Shown here one piece after another: positions 18,203-28,141 of a stretch of 64,000 nt of DNA. A program made the position numbers and the translations under genes. The notes beneath the pieces were generated by a model. The model worked only from the letters and a program-made list of their open reading frames with translations, was not told the origin of the DNA and made no database searches. The stretch is from a virus. Numbering within the stretch: position 1 is the stretch's first letter; each line of letters opens with the position of its first letter. The stretch lies in IMG/VR virus record IMGVR_UViG_3300032242_001916, positions 30,101 to 94,100 of that record; one strand, 5' to 3'.

Positions 18203-18961
18203 ATGTCTACATCCGACGTTGAAGTTGCAGATCAGTTTACTGAAGCAACTCAAGAAAATGTTGATCATTCTTTAGTACCGGTCTCAGAAGAGCCCGTGTC
18301 TAAGGCGTACTCAGAAGACGATCTTCGTAAAGTACGTGAGCAAGAAAAATCTAAGCTTTATCCTCAGATCGAATCACTGAAGGAAGAGTTAAACCTTCTA
18401 AAGCAGGACCGTGAGTCTCGTCTTGAAGAAGAGGCACGCTTAAGGGCAGAAGCTGAAGCTGAGGCCAAGCGTCGTGCAGAAGAAGAAATGGATGTTCGCG
18501 AACTACTTACAGCCAAAGAAGCCGAATGGCAGACCCGGTTAGAAGCAGAAAAGCAGGAACGTGAAAAAGCGTTTGCATTGCTAGAGCGTGAGCGCCATTT
18601 TAGTGAGATTCAAACTTACCGTAATGCTCGTCTTGAAGAAGAGCGGGAAAACATTATTCCTGAACTAGTTGACCTTATCTCAGGTAATACCGCCGAAGAA
18701 ATTGAGCAGAGTATTGCGGGACTAAAGGATCGTTCATCGCGTATCCTTGAATCAGCCCAGCAGGCAATGTCGTCTGCTAGGCGTGAAATGACTGGGAGCC
18801 GTGTCACGGTTCCCGCGTCTGGACCCCTGGACACCAATTCGGAGCAGCAAACGTTCACGGCAGAGCAAATCGCCGCCATGTCAGTGAGTGAGTACGCCAA
18901 ATACCGTGGGAAGCTCTTAGGTCAAGCAGCTTCTGATCGCGGCAAGGGTCTATTCAGCTAG
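18203..18961 (+). CDS. Capsid scaffolding protein
   Basis: Glu/Arg coiled coil directly before the capsid gene; C-terminal MSVSEYAKYR; start at MSTSD after AAGGA. Confidence 0.8.
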   Translation: MSTSDVEVADQFTEATQENVDHSLVPVSEEPVSKAYSEDDLRKVREQEKSKLYPQIESLKEELNLLKQDRESRLEEEARLRAEAEAEAKRRAEEEMDVRELLTAKEAEWQTRLEAEKQEREKAFALLERERHFSEIQTYRNARLEEERENIIPELVDLISGNTAEEIEQSIAGLKDRSSRILESAQQAMSSARREMTGSRVTVPASGPLDTNSEQQTFTAEQIAAMSVSEYAKYRGKLLGQAASDRGKGLFS

Positions 18962-19007
18962 AAATAGCTTCTATCCACACCTAATATCTCTTTAAGGAGT
19001 AAATTAC

Positions 19008-20102
19008 ATGGCAGCGTCCATTACAGGAACTGGCAATCTCGCCGCTTCCCCAACAGCGTATTCTGGTGCTAACAGCCAGCTAACGCAATCAATTCAGACC
19101 ATCTGGTCAAAAGAAATCCTATTCCAGTCAATGCCTATTCTACGCTTTGAGCAGTTCGCTGTTAAGAAGACTGAACTTGGTGTTGCTCCTGGTCTTCAGA
19201 TCAACTTCATGCGTTACAACAACCTCGGCAGTGCATCAGCGCTTGTTGAAGGTGTTCGCATGTCAACCAACGCGCTTACCGCACAGCAGTTCTCAATCAC
19301 TGTTGCTGAGCACGGTTACGCAATTGCTGTTTCAGAACTTCTTCTGAACGCATCTTTCGACGATGTTATGGCTTCGGCTTCTCGCCTTCTTGGCCGTAAC
19401 ATGGCTCTGTACCTTGATGGTCAGGCTCGCGATACCCTTATGGCAGCTTCTTCTGTAATCTACGGTGAAGATGTTCTTAAGACTCCAGCCGGTGCATCAC
19501 GTACGGATAACAACATCAACAACTGGTACCAGGCTGGCTACGTTGCAACGCAGCGTTCAGAACTTGCTGGCACCAACTACTTGACTCCTCACACGATCAA
19601 GGACGCTGTTGAGACCCTTGCAACCAAGAACATTCCTAGACTAGGTGAAACCTACGTTGCATTCGTTCATCCACACCAGAGCCGTCGTCTACGCGACAAT
19701 CCTGAATTCATCGAAGTAACGAAGTATGCTGCTCCAGGTAACTTCATGCTTGGTGAAATCGGCCGTCTATACGACACTGTGTTCATTGAGACCACCCAGG
19801 TACAGAAGGTACCTAATGGTGCTGGTTCAGGTTACTCTGCTGATTCATCAGTCAACAACGTTGTTTACCCAACTGGTGGAGGTTACACCACCCCAGTAAC
19901 AAAGCAGGGTAATGGCTCTGCAGACCGCTACTCAGCGATCTTCATTGGTGACAACGCTTTCGGTCACGCTATCTCATTGCCAGTTGAACTGCGCGATGGT
20001 GGTATCCTAGACTTTGGTCGTGAGCATGCACTTGCATGGTACTCAATCTACGGCTTGGGTCTAATCACCGATCAGTCTGTAGTTATCGCAGAAACCAACT
20101 AA
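19008..20102 (+). CDS. Major capsid protein (HK97 fold)
   Basis: Position; AAGGAG SD; YVAFVHP, GEIGRL..TVFIET, DFGRE..LAWY..YG. Confidence 0.9.
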   Translation: MAASITGTGNLAASPTAYSGANSQLTQSIQTIWSKEILFQSMPILRFEQFAVKKTELGVAPGLQINFMRYNNLGSASALVEGVRMSTNALTAQQFSITVAEHGYAIAVSELLLNASFDDVMASASRLLGRNMALYLDGQARDTLMAASSVIYGEDVLKTPAGASRTDNNINNWYQAGYVATQRSELAGTNYLTPHTIKDAVETLATKNIPRLGETYVAFVHPHQSRRLRDNPEFIEVTKYAAPGNFMLGEIGRLYDTVFIETTQVQKVPNGAGSGYSADSSVNNVVYPTGGGYTTPVTKQGNGSADRYSAIFIGDNAFGHAISLPVELRDGGILDFGREHALAWYSIYGLGLITDQSVVIAETN

Positions 20103-20111
20103 TCAAGTCCC

Positions 20112-20139
20112 TTGAGGGGGGCCTTCGGGCCCCTCTCAA
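20112..20139 (+). terminator. 12-bp hairpin with a cUUCGg tetraloop after the capsid gene
   Basis: TTGAGGGGGGCC-TTCG-GGCCCCTCTCAA; no U-tract. Confidence 0.65.
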
Positions 20140-20183
20140 ATCTCTACAACAAATATCGAGCTATTCATTAGGAGAATACAATT

Positions 20184-20555
20184 ATGGCCACAAAGGCTAA
20201 GCCGACCGATGTTACTGGTCGCCAGCGCGAAGCGCTGATCAAAGAACAGGCCGCAGAACAGACTCGTCGTTCAGATGAAATGACAATGGCTTCTGCAGCT
20301 GAAGCAGCCCGCTTAGAAACAGAGATCCTAGATCTTTCGGAAAAAGCAGACAATCCAACCGTAATCGATGAGGTTGAAGACCTCGGTGTAGGTCTTGCAG
20401 ATGACACGACAGTTATTCGTGTTGCTGATGACCTAGACATGGTTACAATCGGCTCTGGAAACCACTACAGTTTTAAAGCCGGACAGAAGTACAAGGTTCC
20501 AACAAACGTAGCCCGTCATTTGACAGAAAAAGGTTACGTTTACGACCGCCTCTAG
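20184..20555 (+). CDS. Head-associated protein
   Basis: AGGAG SD; follows the capsid gene. Confidence 0.75.
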   Translation: MATKAKPTDVTGRQREALIKEQAAEQTRRSDEMTMASAAEAARLETEILDLSEKADNPTVIDEVEDLGVGLADDTTVIRVADDLDMVTIGSGNHYSFKAGQKYKVPTNVARHLTEKGYVYDRL

Positions 20556-20574
20556 ATCTGGCTTTTGTTAGACT

Positions 20575-20615
20575 GCTCGCGCCTATGACCGCCCTCCCAT
20601 AGGCGCGAGCTTTTT
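20575..20615 (+). terminator. Intrinsic terminator
   Basis: 13-bp perfect stem GCTCGCGCCTATG/CATAGGCGCGAGC followed by TTTTT. Confidence 0.8.
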
Positions 20616-20678
20616 ATATAGAAATTTTTTCTTGTTAAGTGGATAATGGATTTAACAACTACCTTTAAGGATAAGTAA

Positions 20679-22103
20679 GTGGCAAATATTACCTCCTTGT
20701 CTAACAGCCTAAGAACAGAGTTAGGCGATCTAGGTAAAGTTTTCTTACAAACTTTTGTATCTGACGGTGTTACCACAAGATACCAGCTTGATTACTACAC
20801 TATTGCCGGAGCTACCTTAATTGTTAAGGCCGGAAACACAGATATCTCCAGTACAGTTACTGTTGAGGAACATACAGGGCTTTTAATTCTAGCCACAGCC
20901 CCCGCTGCCAACACAAACATTGTAGTATCTGGCACTTTTTACCGTTACTTTACAGACGCTGAAATTCAAAACTACGTAAATATGGCGTTTATGCAGCATG
21001 CAAACACCGAAACTAATGCCTACGGATCTAAAATTGCTATGTCTAACCTTCCAGCGGTCGAGGAATACCCCGTAGTGCTCCTAGCATCCACGCTGGCGCT
21101 TTATACACTCGCTACTGATGCCTCGTATGACATTGACATCCACACGCCTGACGGTGTCTCTATACCCCGTTCTGAGCGTTACAGACAGCTCATGGACATG
21201 GTACAGGCCCGTAAAGAGCAGTATCGCGAGTTGTGTAACATGCTCAACATTGGTCTGCACCGTATTGAGGTTGCTACCCTTCGCCGTAACTCTAACCGTA
21301 CAAACCGCTATGTACCTGTATACAAGCCTCAAGAACTTGATGACAGCAGCACTCCAAAGCGTCTACACGTGCCTTTAGCTAGTTACATGGATCAATCTAC
21401 AGATACTGTGCCTACTTACGATATTAACCTATACCGCGGAGATTCATTTGAAGTTGATTTGGACTTCCCATTCAGTTTGGCAGATTACGCTTTCTTGTCT
21501 CAGATTCGAGCATACTCAGGTGCCTCGCTGGTTCTTGCTACGTTTAACGTAACTATTACGGACATTGTTAATGGCACTGCGGTTCTATCTCTAACTTCAG
21601 ATCAAACTTCGCAGCTTCCTAGCCGTGCTCTTTGGGATGTTCAGATTATCAAGAAATCTACTAGAAGCCTTAATACCAATGCAGCTTTAGCGGTAAAGCC
21701 GGGCTATAAAGGCACAGTTGCTAAAACCGGGTACGTAACTTACACAACGGCATCAGCCCATGGATTTGTAACTGGTGAAACAGTAACTATTTCAAACGTA
21801 GCCGTGCTAGACAGTTCAGGCGCAAAGAGCCTAAAAAATGCCTACAATGGCGATTTTGTTATTACAGTCTTTGATACAACAAGTTTTTACGTTACTAACA
21901 CTTACACAGCTACCCCAGCAGATACTGATGGCTACAACATTACAGACCCAGATACAGGTATTGTTTTATCCACAGTAAGTGCTGCTACTGCAACTTACAC
22001 GGATCCAACCTACACAAAGACTTATTTACATGGCGCTGTAATTGTTCAGGATCAGATTTCAAATTACAACAACGATCCATATGCTCCAGGATGGCAGGGA
22101 TGA
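20679..22103 (+). CDS. Head-tail adaptor-like protein with a C-terminal Ig-like domain carrying an inserted module
   Basis: Position; YFTDAEI; YRGDSF..WDVQ..KTYL domain split by an insert. Confidence 0.6.
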   Translation: MANITSLSNSLRTELGDLGKVFLQTFVSDGVTTRYQLDYYTIAGATLIVKAGNTDISSTVTVEEHTGLLILATAPAANTNIVVSGTFYRYFTDAEIQNYVNMAFMQHANTETNAYGSKIAMSNLPAVEEYPVVLLASTLALYTLATDASYDIDIHTPDGVSIPRSERYRQLMDMVQARKEQYRELCNMLNIGLHRIEVATLRRNSNRTNRYVPVYKPQELDDSSTPKRLHVPLASYMDQSTDTVPTYDINLYRGDSFEVDLDFPFSLADYAFLSQIRAYSGASLVLATFNVTITDIVNGTAVLSLTSDQTSQLPSRALWDVQIIKKSTRSLNTNAALAVKPGYKGTVAKTGYVTYTTASAHGFVTGETVTISNVAVLDSSGAKSLKNAYNGDFVITVFDTTSFYVTNTYTATPADTDGYNITDPDTGIVLSTVSAATATYTDPTYTKTYLHGAVIVQDQISNYNNDPYAPGWQG

Positions 22104-22423
22104 CAGACATAATTCAAATTAACCCCGGTAATCCTGAAGTAGTTGTTGTTGGTTCAGGCCAAGGTGGGGCTGTAGGTCCAGCCGGTCCAACTGGTCCAGC
22201 TGGTAAGGATGGTAAAGATGGCGTTTCTGGAGGTTTCTTTACTTATACACAGAGCGCTCCTGCAACAGTTTGGACAATTAATCATAATCTTGGGTATAGA
22301 CCTCAAGTTACCGTAGTTGACTCAGCAAACAATGTGGTAGAAGGAGACCGCGTCTATACAGACGCTAACAACCTAGTTTTAACCTTTTCTGCTCCTTTTT
22401 CTGGTGTAGCGTATTTATCTTAA
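22100..22423 (+). CDS. Short collagen-like fibre/whisker protein
   Basis: GPAGPTGPAGKDGKDG; WTINHNLG domain; ATGA coupling. Confidence 0.7.
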   Translation: MTDIIQINPGNPEVVVVGSGQGGAVGPAGPTGPAGKDGKDGVSGGFFTYTQSAPATVWTINHNLGYRPQVTVVDSANNVVEGDRVYTDANNLVLTFSAPFSGVAYLS

Positions 22424-22435
22424 GGAGATATAATA

Positions 22436-23797
22436 ATGTCGCGTAAATTTTTAACTAATCTTGATTTGAATGCAAATCAGCTATTAAATGCTGTTATTCA
22501 AAACGTTAGTTCGGACCCTACTACTGGCACGTACCCAGTTGGTCAGATAATCTATAACACTACTAGCAATGTTCTTAAATATAATACTAGCTCTACACTT
22601 AATGCCCCTAGTTGGCAGACAATTAGTAATGGCGCTGGGTCTTTTACTCTCGGGAATACTTCTATTGCTTTAGGCTCAACTGTTACGTCAGTTAATAACT
22701 TAAGCATTACAGGTACCGGCTCATGGACTGCTACCAATATTGCTGTAGCCAACGGCGGTACCGGTACTTCTACTGGCTCAATTACTGGCACTGGCGCTCT
22801 TACTTTTACCGCAGGATCAGGTAACCTTAACATTAACCTTGTTCCTACGGGAACCGGCTCTGTAGATGTTGCAAGTAAAAAGATTACAAACCTTGCTGAT
22901 CCGGGCGCTGCTCAGGATGCCGCTACTAAAGCCTATGTTGATACTGTTGCTACTGGCATGAATGCTCATGATGCTGTGGCTTATGCCACTACTGGCGCCC
23001 TTGGTACAACCGGCAACCTTGTTGGCGGAACTATTACAACTACTCAAACTACTCCGTTTCTTACTTTAACTATTGCTACTTCTTCTAACTGGACCTCAAT
23101 TACTATTGACGGACAATCACTAACTGTTGGTGACCGAGTACTTATTAAAGATCAAGCAACTGCTACACAGAACGGCCTCTACACGGTAACTTCCGTAGGT
23201 GCGGTTGGAAATACAACTTCATTTGTATTTACTCGATCTGCAGACGCGGATCAGATTCCGGAACTTGGTGCAGGCGATTTTTGCTTTGTTCTTGCTGGAA
23301 CAACTAACGGCAAGTTTACCTACATTCAGACAGCAACAGTTGTAACTCTTGGAACTAGCCCAATTAACTATACGGTGCTATCTAACGGTAACCTGACTTC
23401 TCTTGTTAGCCCATCTCAAGGCGGAACTGGTTCAAACTTAACTGCTACAACAGGTACTTTCCTTGTAGGTAACGGAACGGTATTTACTAATCGTGCTTTA
23501 GCATTTACTGATCTTGTTACTACTTCAAGCGGAACTATTTCTTTGTCCACCGGACTAAGTAATGCAACTATTGTAGTTGCTCAAAGAATTACAGCAAAAA
23601 TTACGGGCGATGGTACTACTAAGACGTTTACAGTTACTCACACACTAAACACAGCTACTTCGTTTGCTACTGCTCAAGTGTTTGATTCTACAGGTCTTCA
23701 AGTAGAATGCGACGTAACTCATACATCCACAAGCACAAAATTTGATTTTGTTACAGCCCCAAGTTCAGGCACTATTTATTACGTTACAATTGTTTAA
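22436..23797 (+). CDS. Fibre protein
   Basis: KITNLADP..AQDAATKAYVD, GDRVLIKDQ..QNGLY, VANGGTG. Confidence 0.75.
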   Translation: MSRKFLTNLDLNANQLLNAVIQNVSSDPTTGTYPVGQIIYNTTSNVLKYNTSSTLNAPSWQTISNGAGSFTLGNTSIALGSTVTSVNNLSITGTGSWTATNIAVANGGTGTSTGSITGTGALTFTAGSGNLNINLVPTGTGSVDVASKKITNLADPGAAQDAATKAYVDTVATGMNAHDAVAYATTGALGTTGNLVGGTITTTQTTPFLTLTIATSSNWTSITIDGQSLTVGDRVLIKDQATATQNGLYTVTSVGAVGNTTSFVFTRSADADQIPELGAGDFCFVLAGTTNGKFTYIQTATVVTLGTSPINYTVLSNGNLTSLVSPSQGGTGSNLTATTGTFLVGNGTVFTNRALAFTDLVTTSSGTISLSTGLSNATIVVAQRITAKITGDGTTKTFTVTHTLNTATSFATAQVFDSTGLQVECDVTHTSTSTKFDFVTAPSSGTIYYVTIV

Positions 23798-23810
23798 TAA
23801 GGAATATTAA

Positions 23811-25037
23811 ATGTCAAGAGTATTTAACACAGACGTAAATTATAATGGAAACCTTGCAATTAACTCAGGTTCAACGTCTGTTGTACCATTAATAATAAAA
23901 CCAACGGGTACTATTACTTATAGTAGCTTATCTGTATCTCACTCTGGCGGTACTCCAGGAACAGATATTATTAGTGGTTTTAGTAGTGTATCTGGTCTAT
24001 ACGTAGGTCAATATTTTACTAGTACTACCCCATTTGTACAAGGCGGAATATATACTGTTGGCTATGGAGCAGGGTCACAAATTAAATCAATTGATAGTAC
24101 TAATCTTGCTATTTCTGTTGCTGGTTCAGGTCCGTTTACTCCGACAGGTTCATATAGTGGAGGTACTCTTGTATTTTCAGGTACTCCTCAAAACTTACAA
24201 GAATGGCGGGAATCAAACAGCACAGCAGTCGCATCAGTTAGCAATACTGGGGTACTTACTGCATCAAGTTTTGTAGGAAATGGTGCATCACTAACAAGCT
24301 TGAATGGCGCAAACATATCGTCAATACCTACATCAGCATTATCTTCTGTAACTGGTACTGGCACAGTTGTTGTTACTGATGTAAACCCAACACTTACGGG
24401 CATAACATTAGTCAGCCCTATATCTGTTACATCAAACGTAGGTTTTACGGCTTTTAGTGCTGCTAGCAGTTTAACTATTCATAACTCAACTTTTACTGGT
24501 ACTGCTAGCTATTCAAGCGGTACAACTACTGGCACTGCTGTTAAGACGGTTAACTTAGGCACTGGTGCTATTTCAGGTACTGGCACAGCTGGTACTTCAC
24601 CCAACATGACTATTAACATTGGCACTGGTAACAACACTTCGACAACAGGCGGAACTGCTGTCAACATTATGACTGGTACAATTTCTGGTGGTGCAACAGG
24701 TGCGGTTACAATTGGTAGCACGTCTGCTGGCACAACGGTAACTGTTGTTAACCCTACAAATGCGCCAAGCGTTCAGTCTGGAACAACTTATTCACTACCA
24801 GCAACTGCGCCAACACCGCATTTGGTTCTAACTAGCTCATCACAAGTCACTTTGACGTTGCCAACATCCGTTGCAGGTAAAGAAATTCGCATTTTGAACC
24901 AAGGCGCTGGCGGTGTTATTTCTGCCTCATCAAACGTTTACCCAAAAACTTCTAGAACACTGGGAACTGCAATCATTACCGGTGCTGGTTCAGCATTACT
25001 TGTTGGCGATGGAACTAACTGGCAGGTAATGAGTTAA
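23811..25037 (+). CDS. Fibre protein
   Basis: Thr/Gly/Ser-rich; NLQEW, FVGNGASLTSL, TLTLP..DGTNW. Confidence 0.7.
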   Translation: MSRVFNTDVNYNGNLAINSGSTSVVPLIIKPTGTITYSSLSVSHSGGTPGTDIISGFSSVSGLYVGQYFTSTTPFVQGGIYTVGYGAGSQIKSIDSTNLAISVAGSGPFTPTGSYSGGTLVFSGTPQNLQEWRESNSTAVASVSNTGVLTASSFVGNGASLTSLNGANISSIPTSALSSVTGTGTVVVTDVNPTLTGITLVSPISVTSNVGFTAFSAASSLTIHNSTFTGTASYSSGTTTGTAVKTVNLGTGAISGTGTAGTSPNMTINIGTGNNTSTTGGTAVNIMTGTISGGATGAVTIGSTSAGTTVTVVNPTNAPSVQSGTTYSLPATAPTPHLVLTSSSQVTLTLPTSVAGKEIRILNQGAGGVISASSNVYPKTSRTLGTAIITGAGSALLVGDGTNWQVMS

Positions 25038-25150
25038 TGAACCCAAATTGTAGATCAGGCTGCAAAACCCAGGATCATGAGTCCTACGGGGATTGCTTAC
25101 AAGACGCAGCTATTAGCATAGATAGAACAAGTCTCCAGGTTAAAGGCTGA
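25037..25150 (+). CDS. Micro-protein MNPNCRSGCKTQDHESYGDCL..., not in the ORF track
   Basis: TAATG coupling; 37 aa with C..C..H..C. Confidence 0.6.
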   Translation: MNPNCRSGCKTQDHESYGDCLQDAAISIDRTSLQVKG

Positions 25151-25200
25151 CCCAAAAACTAAAAACCCTTACTATTTAAGAGAGAAGAAAGGCCCATTTA

Positions 25201-25602
25201 ATGGCTACATATTACAAGATTCTAGGTCAAGCAAAGAGCACTACTGCCCTTGCGTCAAAGCTGTACTACGCTGATCCCGCTGCTTCTACAGGGGTTCCAG
25301 CTGCTACTTCTGTACAGGCTATTGTTTCTACAATTACTGTTTGTAACATAACTTCAAGCACTCAAACTTACAACATTAATATTTACAAATCCGACTCAAT
25401 TGTTGCAGCTCCAGACACTTTTACATCTGTAGCCCCAGATAATGCAATTATTTACAATGGGTTTATCAATGCTAATGAGACTATTACTTTAACTTTAGGT
25501 ATAACTCTTGATACTTATGATAGAATTTCAGTTAATGCTTCTGGTGCCGCCTCTGGTCAATACGTTAATTTCTTTGCATTTGGTTCGGAGATTCGTCAAT
25601 GA
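25201..25602 (+). CDS. Virion/fibre-associated protein
   Basis: MATYYKILGQ...VSTITVCN...FGSEI. Confidence 0.7.
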   Translation: MATYYKILGQAKSTTALASKLYYADPAASTGVPAATSVQAIVSTITVCNITSSTQTYNINIYKSDSIVAAPDTFTSVAPDNAIIYNGFINANETITLTLGITLDTYDRISVNASGAASGQYVNFFAFGSEIRQ

Positions 25603-26594
25603 CCGTAAGAGCAAATGGTGAAAGTACTAAAGGCGTAGGAATTTGGCACTCATATAGCCCGATAGTTAGTGGGGGCTACATCTCAGGCGGTAATCCGTTA
25701 TACACTTACTCTGGGGTTACCGCAAGAATTAATTTGGATGATAATAATGGCACTAAAGGAATTACAGCAACTTATTTGTACCAGGCAAGTAGTGTCACTA
25801 TTACTACAGGAATGGGCGTACAAATTACAGGAATGTCAAATAATCAGTTTACTGGAACGTATTTGGTTGGAGACACTGGGACTGCATACTCAAATTACAG
25901 GTTTTTTACAGTAAACCTTCAAACAACGGCTATAGATATTAAGCCTGGTACAGTAACTTCAGGTGCATTAAAAACCATTGTTTTACCCGCCTATCAACCT
26001 CTTTTAAGCTCTTTGGGTGTTGGCACTCTAATATCTGGAACAGGCGTAACTTCCGGAACAAAGATTACTGATGTTTCTTTGGATCGTTCAACCATAACTG
26101 TTGATACTAATATCACTGCAGGCGTAGATGTGCCCTTTACGTTTTATCCTCCTGAACCCACGGGAGGAACTGTTAGTGCGTATAACTCTGGCCTTTGGGA
26201 TATAGGAAATGGCAATTGTGTAGGCAAGTATTCTATTATTGGAGACACTGTAAACTTTAGTGGATCTTTAAAAATAGGAAGTACAACGGTTGTAGGGGAT
26301 AACTATCTAACTATTAGTTTACCTGTTCCATCTGCACAAGGAGACATTAATTCACGGTATCCAACTTTAGGTTCTGGTCGTACAGATCTTAGTAATTTTA
26401 AGGGTAATTCCTTTCCTTACTCTTCGCCAATGATATGTGCACAAATGAGCTCTACTACGTTTGAACCACAAATTTTGTATGTTTCATCAACTGGATCCAA
26501 TTACCCAATTGCCCGTGCAGGTTTGTATAGCGGAAATTACACCAGAACCACAAACGATCTTATTCTTTTCAGCGGTACATACGAAGCTCTTTAG
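25599..26594 (+). CDS. Fibre / receptor-binding-like protein
   Basis: Beta-rich; GKYSIIG..V, ISLPVP, FSGTYE C-terminus. Confidence 0.65.
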   Translation: MTVRANGESTKGVGIWHSYSPIVSGGYISGGNPLYTYSGVTARINLDDNNGTKGITATYLYQASSVTITTGMGVQITGMSNNQFTGTYLVGDTGTAYSNYRFFTVNLQTTAIDIKPGTVTSGALKTIVLPAYQPLLSSLGVGTLISGTGVTSGTKITDVSLDRSTITVDTNITAGVDVPFTFYPPEPTGGTVSAYNSGLWDIGNGNCVGKYSIIGDTVNFSGSLKIGSTTVVGDNYLTISLPVPSAQGDINSRYPTLGSGRTDLSNFKGNSFPYSSPMICAQMSSTTFEPQILYVSSTGSNYPIARAGLYSGNYTRTTNDLILFSGTYEAL

Positions 26595-26617
26595 TATTTA
26601 ACGGTTGGGAGACCACA

Positions 26618-27127
26618 GTGATTCCTAATGAACCAGGCGGTAGATTTGGTATTACCTACGAAAGAAAGGCCATTCTTTCCGGCATTACTGCCGATTTACG
26701 TCGTCCGACGGGCCAATATGTAAATTGGTGGCGTTGGGACTCTGTTCATACGTCTGTTGATAATGTTTACGATGTAGGTTCTATAACTAGCGGTAGAACT
26801 TGGAAAACTCCTATTGTAATTCCTTGCGTTAATGCAGTTATTTACCAGGGCGTTACACTTCAAGATGAACGCGGTTTTTACAACACTGACGTTTTAAGAA
26901 TGACCATAAATATGGAGGATGTTGAAAGACTTCTGCCTACAATGCCTGACTCTCCCGATAGTTTTCTACGGGATCGGATTGTTTACAGAAATGAAGTGTT
27001 TAGACCAACCCACTTCTACCCACGTGGTTTAATTACGGATAAATACACATTGTTTACGTTGGACGCTTCTCAGATTAACCCTGAAGAAATGGTCAATGAC
27101 AGGCAATTTACAGCATATTCAAACTAA
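26618..27127 (+). CDS. Neck / head-closure protein
   Basis: Position; DRIVYRNEVF. Confidence 0.55.
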   Translation: MIPNEPGGRFGITYERKAILSGITADLRRPTGQYVNWWRWDSVHTSVDNVYDVGSITSGRTWKTPIVIPCVNAVIYQGVTLQDERGFYNTDVLRMTINMEDVERLLPTMPDSPDSFLRDRIVYRNEVFRPTHFYPRGLITDKYTLFTLDASQINPEEMVNDRQFTAYSN

Positions 27128-27137
27128 GAGAGCTATT

Positions 27138-27338
27138 ATGAACCCTAAATCTGCCCAAATTGACGGAGAAAAGCACGTAGCTTACAAGGCTAAAGATGGA
27201 GATATCCACGTCAATCATCCAGGTAAAAAATCTGGAAAATACAAGGATATAAACCTAACTAAAGAAACTCGTGGTAAAGTAAAGAATACCCAACAGGGTA
27301 TAAAAGCTGCCAAAAATTGGCATAAAAAGAACGGATAA
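27138..27338 (+). CDS. Small basic protein
   Basis: Start placed at MNPKS. Confidence 0.6.
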   Translation: MNPKSAQIDGEKHVAYKAKDGDIHVNHPGKKSGKYKDINLTKETRGKVKNTQQGIKAAKNWHKKNG

Positions 27339-27341
27339 AAT

Positions 27342-27557
27342 ATGTGTGCAACATGTGGCTGTGGACAGCCTAAAAATAAGCATGGAGAAAAAACAGTAGC
27401 AACAGCTAACAAAAAATTTGCTAAAAAAGAAGGTGAAAAAACAATGTGTAAAAAGTGCAAAAAAGCTAAGTGTGTGTGCAAGAACGCAAAATGCACTAAT
27501 TGCGGTAAAACTAACTGCTCTTGCAAGACTAAAAAAGCCCCTGCAAAAAAGAAATAG
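27342..27557 (+). CDS. Cys/Lys-rich metallothionein-like protein
   Basis: 11 Cys in 71 aa; N-terminal MCATCGCG. Confidence 0.65.
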   Translation: MCATCGCGQPKNKHGEKTVATANKKFAKKEGEKTMCKKCKKAKCVCKNAKCTNCGKTNCSCKTKKAPAKKK

Positions 27558-27656
27558 TTAATCAAGATATTTGTAGTCTTTAGCAGTATATTCATAGAGA
27601 CGCCGGATTTATCCGGAAACTGCTGAAGTACTGCCCTCAAGAAGAGGAAATTTGCG

Positions 27657-27812
27657 ATGATATACACAGGTAAGCGCCTTGCAGAGATGCAATCAAACGC
27701 TGATCGTAGAGAGTTTGTAAAAGGATTAACAGACTCTGACAAAGTTCATTTAAGCGCCTTAGCAGCCGGGTTTATATCCACAAGGTTACTGCTAAAGGCG
27801 TTTAAAAAATGA
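27657..27812 (+). CDS. Small hypothetical protein (MIYTGKRL..., 51 aa), not in the ORF track
   Basis: GAGG SD; ATGA coupling to the next gene. Confidence 0.55.
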   Translation: MIYTGKRLAEMQSNADRREFVKGLTDSDKVHLSALAAGFISTRLLLKAFKK

Positions 27813-28141
27813 ATGATTCATCCAGTTTTGTAGCAGTATCAAGTGTAGCCGGTAAACTTTCGGCTAGAAAATTAACAGCTAAACTTCGTAAAAGCGCATA
27901 TAAAAATGGTTGGCCTACCGGTATATCCCGCCAACTAAAAGTAACTTACACGGGTAATGGTAATTTTACTGTAGATTTTCCTGAAAGCGTTCTTGAAGAT
28001 ATCTTAGATCTTGAGTACGGCACTCAAAATACTCCCCCAAACCCGGTTATTCGTAATTCTATGAATAATCTCAATGATCATAGTCACATTGCGGAGCTTG
28101 ATATGGCTCTAGGTGCTTTTTTAAACGGGGTGATTAAGTAA
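27809..28141 (+). CDS. Neck / tail completion protein
   Basis: LEYGT motif (HK97 gp10-like); position. Confidence 0.6.
   Translation: MNDSSSFVAVSSVAGKLSARKLTAKLRKSAYKNGWPTGISRQLKVTYTGNGNFTVDFPESVLEDILDLEYGTQNTPPNPVIRNSMNNLNDHSHIAELDMALGAFLNGVIK

Noticed and set aside
19008-20170. Readthrough or frameshift extension of the major capsid protein
   Set aside because: A strong hairpin follows the TAA and the readthrough frame closes within about 22 codons
27600-27650. Hammerhead ribozyme (GAAAC next to CTGCTGA)
   Set aside because: The core is not CUGANGA in the required order and three stems cannot be built
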